This document shows positions 38,639-52,185 of a DNA stretch of 64,000 nucleotides, one piece after another (the first letter of the stretch is position 1; each line of letters opens with the position of its first letter). The position numbers were made by a program, and so were the translations under genes. Below the pieces are notes generated by a model. The model made no database searches and was not told the origin of the DNA. It saw only the letters and a program-made list of their open reading frames with translations. This DNA comes from Antedon mediterranea. Its lineage: Eukaryota > Animalia > Echinodermata. The stretch covers positions 23,608,795 through 23,672,794 of the forward strand of contig NC_092670.1 of NCBI RefSeq assembly GCF_964355755.1, read 5' to 3'.

Positions 38639-40664
38639 CCGAGGTGTCGCACGCAACATCCAGCCGTAGACCGAGGTGTCGCACGCAACATCCAGCCAGT
38701 CACGCACATTTGTTGTTTGTATGTTGTTTTAAATTGTTTGCGGATTAATATAATAAATGGCACATTTAAAGTAATACGTTAGCCTAATGTTGTAAACAAA
38801 CTGGATTTATTTTGATTGGGTTTAATTAAACTTACACGCAATATAACCGGACATGACCGGAGTTCATGATTTAATTAGATCTGTATCGTGCCATAGGAGG
38901 ATTGAAAGACACTAGTTGCGTGCCATATTAGCATAGTTAAGTATATCGCGTTTACATTAAGCTATATATTGCGTGTTTGAAAATATTTGCGTGAGAAAAG
39001 AAATGCTAGTTGCGTGAAGTACTGTATATAGCGTTTACAATAAGATCTTTATATTGCGTGTTAGATACAGACCTGCTTGCGTGAGAGAATATACGTGAGT
39101 TTCCTGCCATTTTTCAATTCAATTCAATTAAATTTTTTTTCCACATATTACAACCTAGGATGAAGGGTGCAGAGCATATTTAAGCTAATAACATAAAAGC
39201 AGTGAATGAATAAGTAAATAAATAAATAATTAATTCCATACGGTATTTCATATATATTCATTCAGCGTTTTGTATCGGATTGTTTACATTTCCTAGATTC
39301 TTGCGTGCGAATACTCGTGCGTCAGAGAAATAGTTGCGTGAATGGGATCGCGTGAGGGAGAGTTGCGTGAATGGGATCGCGTGAGGGAGAGTTGCGTGAA
39401 TGGGATCGCGTGAGGGAGAGTTGCGTGATTGGATTAAAGTAGGCACCGGTGAAGTAGGTCGCGTTTACATTGAGATTCTCGTGTAAATACTCGCGTGATA
39501 GAAACAAAGTTATATATATAAGCCCTAGTTGCATGATGTGGGATTGGGTGTGGAGGGAGTTGCGTGAGGGGATTGAAGTAGGTCGCGTTTACATTGAGAT
39601 TCTCGTGTGAATACTCGCGTGATAGAGACAAAGTTATAAGCCCTAGTTGCATGATATGGGATTGCGTGTGGAAGGAGTTGCGTGAGGGGATTGAAGTTGG
39701 TCGCGTTTACACTCAAATTCTTAATGTGAATATTCGCGTGAGAGAAGAAAATGTTTGAACTTGACATGGAATTCAGATGGCGATTTATGGATTATTATAA
39801 TAAAACCAGTTCTTTGAATACTTGGCATGAAAGAATATAGTTTGAGTACGGAAGCGATCCTGATATAGGTTTAATGTGTTCCTTCTTATTTACAAAAGTT
39901 ACTTAAATTCTATTTACAATCTTTGCGTGACAGGTTGACCAGCACGCGAACTACGGAAACAAAGAAAGAAATCAAAAGAATCCATTTTACAATTTCCCTT
40001 AATGACTCTGTGTTTAAATATTATAACAATAGTTAAATCAGAAGCAGGTTTTTTTTATTTACCTACAAGTTTTATGTTGCCTTTACAATCCTCTTTCATT
40101 TATTTTTCTTCCGATACATACGGGCCCTCGAATTTATGTATTCAATTAAATTTCTTAAATAAGTAACTTACGGTAGTAATTCAGAATAATATACTCCATG
40201 TTGGTAGCAATTGAGTTTTACCATTTTACTTTATTGTAATTTTAAACACAATATTTTTGTCTTATTGTTTGACACTGTTACAAATAATTATGATTATTTA
40301 ATGATAATAATAAATATTATTATTATAGTGATTTAAATTGTTTTCTGTTATGTTAGGTCGTCATTTTAATTTTCAATTTTCTTTTCTAATTGATGTTAAA
40401 TTAAAATTTACATAAAATGTAAGACCTAATGGCAAAGTGAGTGGTATAATATCTCGTGAATGGGTTCCTAACATTCCCACTTTATAGGTGAATATTTACT
40501 TGTTACTTTAGGTATTTTCAATTGTGTGAAGATAAAGCTTAAAACTGTTGGTTTTTTTCAGAGCGGTTCGAGTTACTCTCCTTAAAAGTTTAAACATAAA
40601 GGGCAGGTATTATAGTGTGCATAGACGCTTGCGTGACTAGCTGCTGTTGCGTGCGACACCTCGG
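38639..40664. mobile_element. ~2-kb non-autonomous DNA transposon with TIR CCGAGGTGTCGCACGCAAC and TTGCGTG-rich subterminal and tandem repeats; related ends at ~42580-42620 and ~59789-59827
   Basis: ccgaggtgtcgcacgcaacatccagccagtcacgca (left end duplicated at 38639 and 38671) is matched by tgcgtgactagctgctgttgcgtgcgacacctcgg. Internal 28-bp and ~120-bp tandem repeats occur at 39300-39740. Confidence 0.7.
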
Positions 40665-43600
40665 TACGAAACAACAAATACACGATTTTTTTTCAATGAC
40701 CAGGGGAACAATAACCTAAAGCCATTCCGTGTAAATGAAAGGGTGGTGACGACATGAATAACGTGACGACGAGGAAATCATACTCACGGCGACCGAAAAC
40801 AATACATGCTAACATATCTATATATACTTATTTCACTTTCAAGTACAAAACATGGTAAATTTAGAGAATATTTCTTTTCAATTTTGCTGAAACTGTAAAA
40901 TACATATATTTATTACTTTTAGTTCATCATCATATGCATTTATTTACAATTTCGTATATCTTTTATTGTCTTATTTTTTAATAGTTTATTCTTTATTTTT
41001 TTCACTGACTTAACAATATTTTATTTGCTCAGACAACTGAAAACGTTTTTTTACAACGTGTGTAATACCATAAAATAAACGTTTAATATATGATTTCATT
41101 TGTAAATTATATTATTATTTACTATAATAAAGATTTTTATATACTATTTAATTCCTTTCAAATTATAAAGCTTAATACCGTATACAATGATATTGTACAA
41201 TTTAAACAAATAATGAATAAATTAGATTCAAGATAATTAATATAGAATTAATTAGTCCCACATTGAATATATAGTTAATCACATTGTCCAATCCGATGTT
41301 GGCGTTTGTACGTATTGTAATCAATCGTTTAAGAAAGAGTAAAATTACAATGTATTATTAGTCTTCCTTGGTTTATACCCTTTGCGTAAGTTACTTGCGA
41401 TGCGTGTTATATTAATGCGCTATTGCCACGCCATGAATCGTGTGAAGCTACCGCGACGATATATGGAAGATGTCGTTCACCTAGTTTTTCATTATCTTTT
41501 AATTGATAATTCATATTTCTTTTTGTGAAAATATAAAGGTATTTATTGATTTTTGTGTAATTGGAATCGTGTTCGGAGACTCGCGTGAGAGTTTAATGTG
41601 CCAATTGCACGCTATCATCAAAAGGATAAAATGCTTTGCGTTTTGTAGCTTTCATTAGTGTTTCCTGGTGACTTGCCCGTTTGAATGAATAAATACATCT
41701 ACATATTTTATAAGTAATTTTAGAATCCGATTGTTAGCGATTTCGAAGAACATTCTATGAAAACAGATGCTGACAATCGAATTTTATTGTGTTGTATTTC
41801 TTACACCAAGGATTTCTTGCTATGTATACAAAAAAAGTACTAACATTTTTTTTTAAACGCGCAGCTAGCAATATACTGAACATTATATTAAATTGTTAAG
41901 TAAAGTTGTGTTTAAACTACTGTAATTGTTAATAGGAATCTAATGATGAAAAAGGTCACGTTTGACGCTGACTCTCCTTGCTAATTATTATATTTTGAAT
42001 TATAAATGAGGAAAACATTGAATTTCTTTCCGTTTAATATTGAGTTATAGGTCTATACGTTTGTGTTTTTTCTATATATAGGCATAAATTACTCTATCGT
42101 AGAATATTGTACAGAGATACATCACGTATCCTTTACCTTGTAAGCTATAATAATGTTGTAATTGATAAATCAGTGTTATTTGTTTAAGCTGCGTCTGTGT
42201 TCTAAATCACACATATATAGGTTGCGGGGACGTTTAAATATAAAGCTTGATTCCCACTAAGACGCAATGCAAGAACGTTAGCGAATGAACGCAAGTAATT
42301 TTGCACGATTTCACGACAACATCCCGGATGATAATCCTTTCCGTCGTTTTGATTGGTCAAATAGGGAATCAAGTGTAAAGACCTGTTGCGTGAGAAGGAG
42401 ACGTCATTTTTAGTACATTTTGATAAATAAAGCAGCCTAGTTTAAAGTATATTGTGTTTACTGTGTGTATTTATTTTAACCTTGTTATTGTATAATATCC
42501 GTTACTTATCATTGTGTTTCGCCTCTTCAATGGATCAATAAGTTTCAAATAAAAGAACAGAATTTAATCTGGAAGATAGTTGCGTGACAGTGTGGATATC
42601 GTTGCGTGTGACACATCGGTACGGCACAATAACTGCGATCATTTTCAAATACCTTAACAATTACCCCTATTCGAGCAAACACCGTAAACCTTGCTGAGAA
42701 TACGTGATTTGCTACAATCTCCTGTTCTTTTGTACGATTCTTTGTTTGTTTTGTTAACATCATTCACTGGAAATTCAGATTAGACCATGCGGACCCATGT
42801 CAGCCAGCAAACTTGTGCCTACACAGAATGGTAGTGGCTAATGTATACAGTGTATTAAACCCGAGTATTCTCCCTATGTAGGCCTATTTTAGAAATGCAA
42901 TAATGAAGAAATTGAATTGCGTCATTTGCCTTATTTTTTTATTTACAGGCATATGGCCACATTTAAATTCTGAAAAATAGAAAAAACTGTTGGTATTAAT
43001 TTCTGTTAGAAGCTCCTATTTGAAACGTTTACATCTTAAAATATCGACAAATGAATATAAAACATCGGGTAACAAGTAGGCCTACCGGGAATTTCATCAG
43101 GCTTCTTAAATTATGGCGTTCACATTAAAATGGCATTTAATCTGATTCGTACGTTCCGGCTAATCTAGAATGTATTTCCGGTAGCCTTTCTCATTCGCGT
43201 GTGTTTGATTGTGATGTTCGCACGCAATGTATACGATTTGTTCTACTTTTCTTGAGCTTTCTTTTATCTAAACCCTTGACCATGTTGATACAATACACAG
43301 GACAAGACAACACCTGTTCAATTGGAAGGCAAAGTAGTAATGTCTGTTAACATGAACTTATGTTCGTTCTTATGAATTGATTTCTGATTTTTATAAATAT
43401 CAACTCTGAAAAAAAATTTTTAATTAACTTACTTATTTCATTTATTCATTAAATTTATTCTTTATTATTTCGTAATCAATGTACATATACGACAGATATA
43501 CAAAATCTCTTTATGAACATTTTATTTTTTTACTTTGTTTTTTAGTTTTCATATTTAATTTACTCGATTTATGAACTTTATTTGAGAAACGTTTCGTAGT

Positions 43601-45557
43601 GAACTAATGAACTAATCTATTTCGCTATGGGCATTTTTATAGGCATGAAAGGTGTGTAGACATTTGTGTAAATGTGTTTCTTGCTCCTAATATGACCCCG
43701 CAGTATCGAAACTATTCATAATATGTTTGAAGTCATAGTTCATCAGTATATTTTTTGCTCAGTACTGGTTGTAATTAAAACTATATGGACATTCTAGTTG
43801 ATGAGTGATCACGTGCGTAGCCAAGTGACACTAAAACTCTTGTTTGTCACGAAAGTTTGAAAAGTCAACAGAATTAAGTAGTTAACATTCAGAGTTAGGC
43901 ACGAAATGCGGTGATTACCGCACCACTATCCAGACTCGTACAATTCTTGAGTTTACGGGGAAAACTTTTACCTCACCTAAATTTATTTAGTTGTTAGGGG
44001 TTTAAGAGAATAAAAGAAGTACATTTGTACAGTACTTGGAAACATTGTGTTACATTAAATTGATGAATAAAGATGGGAGGAACTCATAAAATAAAAAAAG
44101 ATAATAGACCTGGCAGATATAGAAGATGGATATATACGTGTATTATTCATTTATTACAAACTCTGGGAAAAAAAGATAATAAAATGAAATGCAATAAAAT
44201 AATGATAAAAGGTCACTTTGGTAGGTGCCTGGAAAGATAGAGAAAAACATCTTGTGATGGGCGAACCTTAAAAAGAAATGATAATAATTAGGATAGGAAA
44301 TTTAAATAGGCCTAAAAATAAAACAAATTAAAAAAAAAGGAACAAAAAAAGATTGCCTTACACCAAAAATGAAATCGTACTAATACTATTCATATATCGC
44401 ATGTGGCCATGTCATTCTAACAAATTAGAAAAGGACAAGCTCCTTAAAAAAAGGACACATATTCGTATTTTAATCGCACATTTCTGGTAATTAAAATCTT
44501 GATTTGTTATTTGTTTATGTTATTTCAATTCACAATCAACAGGGGGGATCCCGCCATACAGACTGGAATACATAAAACACGAGACAAAAGAACATCGGCA
44601 AAGTCTACAAAAACCAATTACAAACATTTCTTAATTTTGTATTTAAGTAAGATAAACAATTAAAGAAATAGTGTCAAGGCAATATATGAATTTTCTGTGT
44701 TAAAAGTGATCTTACTAGCGGTTTGTTTTGGTGAATTTGCGTGATAATCCGGTCACGCAACCAAACAGTCAACAAAGCCGCATTATGAGGCGTGACAATT
44801 TCTGTAGGCGATTTAAAAGTTTAATTGGATGATCGCGTGTGTTTGGTATACCATTGATAGATAAACTAATTTTCAATAAGAATTACTGTCTAACTGATAC
44901 TTAATTGTTCTCATTTCTAGGTCCATGATTGTATGTTGTGTTTATATCATGTATATAGTCTTTGTAAATGCGGCGAAGTGCAGACCGAGCTTCACGCATT
45001 ATGCGAATGCCCATTTACTGCACACATACGCCAAACTTGTTATATATATTGCCATAGTCTTTTGTTTTTATTTTCTTTATATTAAACCTTTATTACTGTT
45101 AAAATTTGTTTTCGAAGCTCTTAAAGTTATTGAAAATATTATCTAAGTTTGTTATTGATATTTTCATGCTTGTATCGCCTACTATTTGTGTGCCATGTTG
45201 GATACTGTTGTCCCCAGTTGACAATAAATAATAAGAATATAAATAATATCTCGTGATTATAGATTGATTATGTCAAGTTTTAATTTTGTAAATTTTCTTT
45301 CAATTAGTAAATGAGTCATTAAATCGGTCAATGCTTTAAAATTAGATCTATTATGGACATAGGAAAATAAAATACTTTTCTCCTAAACGTAAATAAATTA
45401 AGTATTATAGTATTTTCAATCAGTTTTGAACTTTACTCAATCGTGTCTAATCACTGGCCGCCACTTATCAGTCGACTCAGGAAGCAACGCAAAAACGTAC
45501 GCGCAAAATTTTACCAATCACAATCTAAAGGTTACATGATCCGTTTCTTACTTGTTA

Positions 45558-45736
45558 AGCGTGGTTCCCACTAGCGACGTAACACAAGGACGTAACGCAA
45601 CGCAAGTGAATTGACCAATCACAAGCGATGGCTTATTCGCTTTTGATTGCTAACTGTCTATAACTTCGCTTGTCATTGGTTAAAACGCTTGCGTTGCGTT
45701 TACGTCCTTGCGTTACGTTCTAGTGGGAACTAAGCT
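45558..45736. mobile_element. Palindromic Harbinger-type MITE; related fragment at ~42245
   Basis: TIR agcgtggttcccactag / ctagtgggaactaagct with a long internal inverted repeat and TTA flanks. Confidence 0.75.
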
Positions 45737-48689
45737 TTAAACTGAACACGCATTTTATCTGTAAAATTGACAGTTAAAATAAAATAAAAGTGGGCTGCCT
45801 TCACGAAAGAGACAGAAACAACAAGAATAAAAACCCGTCTACTTCAAATTTTAGTTATGATTCAAGCATTTTTTTTTGGCTTTGTCATTGTGCTATAGTG
45901 ATGAATGACAAAATAATTGTTGTCTGTAGAAAACAATTCTTGGGATTACCGCCATTAAACTTGATTCCGTTCAACATCATTCAGCACTTCGTCTGCTAAT
46001 TTACGCAAAGCCAGAATCATTTTCCTTACCGCAACCACATTCAACCAATCCCGTCGGTTTCTTTACCGTCCACATTCAACCAATCAGAAACAAGTATTTT
46101 AATTAACACGTGTAGAAACATTTGACCAATCAGAATGTATAATTATTACTGCTGCTCACACATTCAACCAATCAGTGGTTTTTTTTTATTAGCTGATCAA
46201 ATTTGTCATGATTATGGGTTATACTTGCCCCATGCTGGGATCGTCGGTATTAGTTGTAGGGGTGAATAAAAAGGTGATCTGATATGAATTACAAAATAGC
46301 TTCAACCAACGCCCTCAGATGAACCATAGTTGCAAGTTATCAATTTCTCTCCAATATTTTAAAAGTAAATGTGCAAGATACATATTTAAATTGTTAAAAT
46401 TATACTTTAAAATGCATAATTAACGTTGACGAGAGATTTTTACCAAAAGACTAATATCTATCCTGTTGGTTCTTCGGTGTTTACTCTGCTTTGTTGCTTA
46501 TTTACTTGTTTTACATTATTGTTGTTTTAAAAAAGAGATATTTGAAGTAGGCTTTCAAATTATTGAATTCAAGCTCTATAATTAAATATTGACAGAAACT
46601 TCACTACGCTGGAGGTCTGATATAGTCTGCTGCGTCCACCTGTGCGTGGAGCAGACGAGAGGTCTAGAGAACAAAAGTCCTCGCAAACTTTACGTTCCAA
46701 GTTTTAAAGTTACAAAATTATCCGTTTACCGAACTACGGTACATCTTTTCTTATCGCTTTATATTATCATCGTCCTCTGAACTCGTGCGTATAGAAGCGT
46801 ATCGTTATTATCCGTATTTGGAGGCGTGCGTACTAAAGTACTAGTTACTAGTGTTTTAACGCGCGCGTACAGAAAAGTATCATTATCAGCGTTCTGACAC
46901 GCGCGTACTAAAGCGGTAACAGCGTTTGAAGGCGCGCATAGTTCTTTTCCCTCTTGTTTAACTGATAATATACGAGAAAATTCCGTGGATTTGTTTTTTT
47001 ATTTTCCAAATTATACAAAACGAAAGTGGCAAATATTGAGGCAATTCCAATTGCATTTCTTCTCAATATCCTCCTCCCCGCAAGACGATTGGGAATGATA
47101 TAAATGAATAAGATTAATCATTATTATTAATACAACTGTCTTAATATTAATATTAAAGAAATATTTCTTAAGAAATTTACTTGACATATATACTTGTGGT
47201 TAGTTAGCAAGAAAATGTAGGCCAGGGTTGTGCAGTTCTTTATAGATATCCGCCTCGGACTGGTTGGTCACCATCCAAGTTATCAATCTTGATATTAAAT
47301 ATTCCCGTCTTTAATTTATCAAGACATAAATTTTAATTACACGTGGTGGATGTAGATAAGTGATGACTAGCTTAATTATTTTTCTGCTTAAAAACACGGT
47401 AAGTTTTAATATTTAAGTGTTATACACTTTATTGTAATCAACTCACAGCCTAAAGACACTAATATACGACGATTTACAGTTAATACCGGAGAACATACAT
47501 GATTATGGTTATATAAAGTTTACATGAAAAACTACACTGAAAAAGACGCAACAAAATTACGGTCCTAGAACTCGTCACTAGGACGAGTTGGTAAGTGATC
47601 AGCGCGCAAACGCAAAAGGACTGGTGACAAAAGCATTTACCTACGAAAGACATGTAGGCCCTATCTCCTAATAGGCCTATATCTTGACTTCCACAATATA
47701 ACCAGTACTATTGATGAAACATCCGTCCATTTTTAAACGGAAAATTGTATAAAAGTTACCATTTTCGATAACCGGTATTAATTGAGCAACGACATTATTC
47801 GGTTTTTCCGTTTGATTGACATTAGTAAAAATGATCAATACTGTATTTTAAGTACCATTGTTATCGCCTTATTACGGACACATTAATGAATGTCAAAGAG
47901 ATTAGATATTCCAGACTGCTTGATTGAGTCTGACCTTTATGTTAACGACAGGTTTTAGCGTTTCAAAAGACCGGATTTATTACCATTTAGCGGGCTCTAC
48001 AATATTGTAACGGACGTCTGTACCCTAAATTACGAACGCATAATGTACGTAATTGAGGAGTTCCATGGACCAGTGGTTCGTGGCCCTTAAATCCCCCCAT
48101 GTTCGAAATGTCGCCATGTCACATTTTTTATATCTTCTTTTTGTGTATTAATTTAAGTCAATATATGAAAAATATCTTCCAGATGATATTTTAATGTTTA
48201 AAACCCCCAATAAATACCATTCGTTTTTCCTTTTTTTTCCATTTTAATTGTTACAAATTTTTGTATTTTGCTTTTGAGTGTTTTAGTAATTTTAAAATAA
48301 AGTTTCTGTATCATATCTGTCATCCAAATCAATGATGTGTGGTTGAAAATGTTATCATGTAATGAAATAATGTATGCAACAAGACTCATAAAAATCAGAC
48401 ATAGCAATAGGTCTAAGTGCCAATATGGAAGTCTGAGGTGTAGGCCTATTCATAACAAACATTCCATCATATATAATAAAGAAAATAAACTTCTGGTAAT
48501 CTGTTTATCACGACTGGTTTAAATTAAGCACTTGTTTAAAATCTGGTTTAATTACTGTAGTATGGCCACCAAATCAGTTGTTGCGTGTTTGTATATGAAT
48601 TGATACTAAACAGGGTTATTTACTTCAACCGGGATTGTATATAACCATGGAGAAATAAGTTAACTTATTTCTCCATGATATAACTGAGA

Positions 48690-49050
48690 CGAAAAACCGC
48701 GGTGGTATTGCGAAATTTCCAAATCTGTAATAGCCGATGCAATAAACCGCGGCGGTATTGCGATCGACTTTATGTATTCGAAGTCGGTGATAACAAATTA
48801 CGATCATCGTTCAGTTCTTTACCGCGGTAGTGTTGCGGAACTTATTCCAAATCTGTAGGCCATAATAACAGCGGAGGCGATAAACCGCGGCGGTCCGGAA
48901 CTTATTCCAAATCGGTGATAACGGTCATCGCTCAGTCTTTTGCAGCGGAGGTGATAGACCGCGGTGGTATAATGCGGAACTTATTAGAAATCTGTAATAA
49001 CGGTCATGGTTCAGCTCCAGGCCTATACACAGCAGAGGCGAAAACCCGCG
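48690..49050. repeat. Degenerate tandem repeat (accgcggtggtattgcg...ccaaatctgta)
   Basis: ccgcgg and ccaaatctgta motifs recur at ~55-65-bp spacing. Confidence 0.6.
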
Positions 49051-49624
49051 AAACTAAAACAATATTTAAATTTTATTTAATGCATATCTGCATTCATATC
49101 TATCATTCAATTAAGATATTCGTACCATTGGTACCGTACTATACCATGTTTCCCCTGAAAACGGGAGGCCTTTACTCTTTACAAGGTGACAGTAATAAGT
49201 GGAACGTGACCACTTAGTATTAATCATATGTCTACGTATATTATAATTATCACATATGGTTAAGATAGTAATTTGAATTTTAAGGGCAGGTGGCGGAGAC
49301 ACAACGGAACGTCTCACAGTGATTATACTTTTTAACGCACGTTTTACCCAATTTTTACTCGGGGTACCCGAGTCTAGTACTTACTCATTTTCTCCTTCTC
49401 TTCCTCCATCTGGACACTATTGAGTAAAAAGTGCGATTTTTAAAGTACTACTCCTCCCTTATTCGTTATAGTATTGAGCTGGGATTTGGCATGAACATAC
49501 TACAGGGACATGTCCTCAAAGCTATAGAGCCGGATTTTTAATTTTTTGTTAATTAATTTGTTTAATTAAGAAGCCACAATGTGTGACACACACCACAGCG
49601 TTATGTAGTTATATGGTTATATGC

Positions 49625-49697
49625 GGATTCTTGGCGTAGTGGTTATCACGTTTGCTTAACACGCAGAAGGTACCTGGTTCGAGCCCGGACGAAACCT
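49625..49697 (+). tRNA. tRNA-Val(AAC)-like, probably a pseudogene
   Basis: 73 nt with A box (tagtggtt), anticodon arm tttgc-TTAACAC-gcaga, GGTTCGAGCCC B box and a downstream T run. The acceptor stem has two mismatches. Confidence 0.75.
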
Positions 49698-49908
49698 TTT
49701 TTTTTTAATTTATGGTGAAAAGTACTGTATACGCAATATGATAATTATACAGAGTATATCTTATTTTTATTATTTTTTAAAATACTTATTTTGTGTAATC
49801 GGTAATTATCACTTTTACACATGTTTATTTTGCTTTGTGCTTATTACCATTTATTTGTAATTTAAATGGATTAAAAAACTTTCTGTAACCCACATTTTTA
49901 ATGTAAGA

Positions 49909-49980
49909 GGTTTCGTAGTGTAGTGGTTGTCAAGTCTGCTTAACACGCAGAAGGTCCCGGTTCGAGCCCTGGCGAAACCT
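49909..49980 (+). tRNA. tRNA-Val(AAC)-like, probably a pseudogene
   Basis: Perfect acceptor stem GGTTTCG/CGAAACC, anticodon arm tctgc-TTAACAC-gcaga and a B box. It has an apparent 1-nt T-arm deletion and a D-stem mismatch. Confidence 0.75.
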
Positions 49981-52185
49981 ATTTTCTTTACTTTCTAACT
50001 GTATACGTCTGTATACAGCTTCTTTCGCTGTACCCCGAGTATTGCACATTCGTGCTTGTTTTTATAGTAAAACTCTTTTGGACGTAACAGTTTTAAAGTA
50101 GTTTTTGCCAGTCTCTAATTTGTCTCTCTGTTAATTTTGGTAAAACATTCCAACCCGTTCTGGTGAATAACCAGCTCCATTTTTTATTTTACACTACCCC
50201 ATTCTTGGCAATGTTTAGACAACATCTGTAATACACGGTCATCTAAATCATAGACCATAAACATAAATGTATTACTTACAGTCGCAATTCATTCATTCAT
50301 TCATTCATTCATTCATTCATCAATGGAAAATTATTTCCATTTATTGTCATTGGAATATAAAATATACAAGCATTCAGTGCCCGAATGGCAGCTGGATAAA
50401 AGCGTTACAAAACCTATTTGGACGAGAGACGTCTACCGTAACACGTCAAATACATCATGCATGGGAATCTTGTAATATAGAATGTGATATGAGACACTGC
50501 ATTTTATAGAATTTACCTCTAAAGGTATATTTTAATGTCATATGTTGAGATAAAGTACAGAAATGAAATATATTCAGCGATTTCTTACGCACTATATATG
50601 AAATGAAATGTAATTTTAGTATATTATGTTAGATTGATTTATATATATATGATTAAATACATTAATGGATGATGGGTATTTTAGGGAATTAAATTGGGAG
50701 AATGCTTCATAAATAATTGATGATGATTTGAGAGTGACTGTTCCTTGATAACGGGACGTGAATATGAAAAACGGATGTTGAGATTATTAATTGTTTTGAT
50801 CAGATTATTATGATATTAAAAAAAATTCAATTTGACGTGTTGTCCACTTCATCGTGTTTGCAACACGATGTAAACCAATACAGAATTGCAATTGAGTAGA
50901 CAGTGCTTGCGATCCCACTTTTGCGAGTTACTCTACTCTGAGCTATTTTAGTCGAATTCCCACATGGAAGTGTTTTTGCCGGAATTGATTATTTAATGTG
51001 ATATTCATGTTCGTGACGGGCAAATAACCAGGCAAGTAGGTACCGTAGAAAAAACTCAACTAAACCATTATATGCTATAAAAGATAGATACAGAAATGGG
51101 CTGATAGGCCTCCATTATACTTAAACCAACAATAGAACGGTAACTGTGTGCGTGCGAGCTGTCGTGTGATGGGACAATTTTTAGTTTAACTGCGCACCAT
51201 GTTATGGACACAGGCGACAAATTTGATATGAAAACACCAATTAAACGAACGCCTTGCAGCAATATTAGATGTTGGTCCGTCTTTATTTACGCATTCCTAG
51301 TCAATTTAGATTTTTGTGATTTGTTATTACGTTTTCGGTATAGTATTTATTGTGTCAAAGTATAATAAAACGCGTCGGGGGATTAGCCGTGTAAGCTGTA
51401 ACGAAGCACAAAAACAAACACATTAAAGGAAAATCGATTTTGAACTTACATGAGAAGTGGATTTTAAATCTTAAATTTTAATCGGTATTCAGGGTCAATG
51501 TTAAGTGGGGATGGAATGAAAAGTATGGCATATCGGAAACAAATTGGTTCCGAGTAGTTTCGGTTTAAATCGTCATAAGATGACTTTATTTAGAATGTTT
51601 TTCTAAATTACAGCTATTTTGACATATAGCGCATAGAGACATTTTATATCATTTTATATGCGCTGAAATCTTAAATAAAGATTTCGAGCTGAAATAATTT
51701 GAGACGACAGGAATATTTTGTTAAAAATGAACAACAATATTACATATTACTCCAATATGAAAATAGTATGTTTTATGAAACGCCAAAACGCCAATCGTTA
51801 GTGCCGAAAGAAAGAATGAACAAGCAGTAACTAGAGTGACTTTACGGGTGGTGGTGTTGGTAGTAGAGTAGTAAGTAGAACTAATATATATAACTTTATT
51901 CACAATCTCAGATAATACAAAGTACATGCAAAATTAATTGAGGTTGTGAACGGGGTTAAGCTGTAAGCTAATGCTTTAGACGCAAAGCCCCTTAAAAAGA
52001 GAAAAAAAAAAAAAAAAAACAAAACAAACAAAATTGAAATTGAAATAGATAAATAATTAAATAAATAAATAGATAAAAACTGTATAATGTACCATATTAA
52101 TTGTAACGATAAAAATACTAACAATGGAAATAATGCAGTGATAATAACAAATCAAATGTCGAGAGAAAATGAATTAACCAGTAGC

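Larger units (their letters stand above)
49352..50060 (+). mobile_element. Helentron-associated non-autonomous element (HINE/DINE-1-like) containing two tRNA-Val-like sequences
   Basis: T-rich start, subTIR tactcggggtac (49356-49367) with adjacent inverted ccgagt, matching gtaccccgagta (50030-50041), then a 3' hairpin gcac-attc-gtgc and ttgttttt. Confidence 0.7.

Noticed and set aside
46615-46665. CTGATATA-stem-GAGA hairpin as a hammerhead ribozyme
   Set aside because: The core deviates from CUGANGA/GAAA and no closing stems were found.
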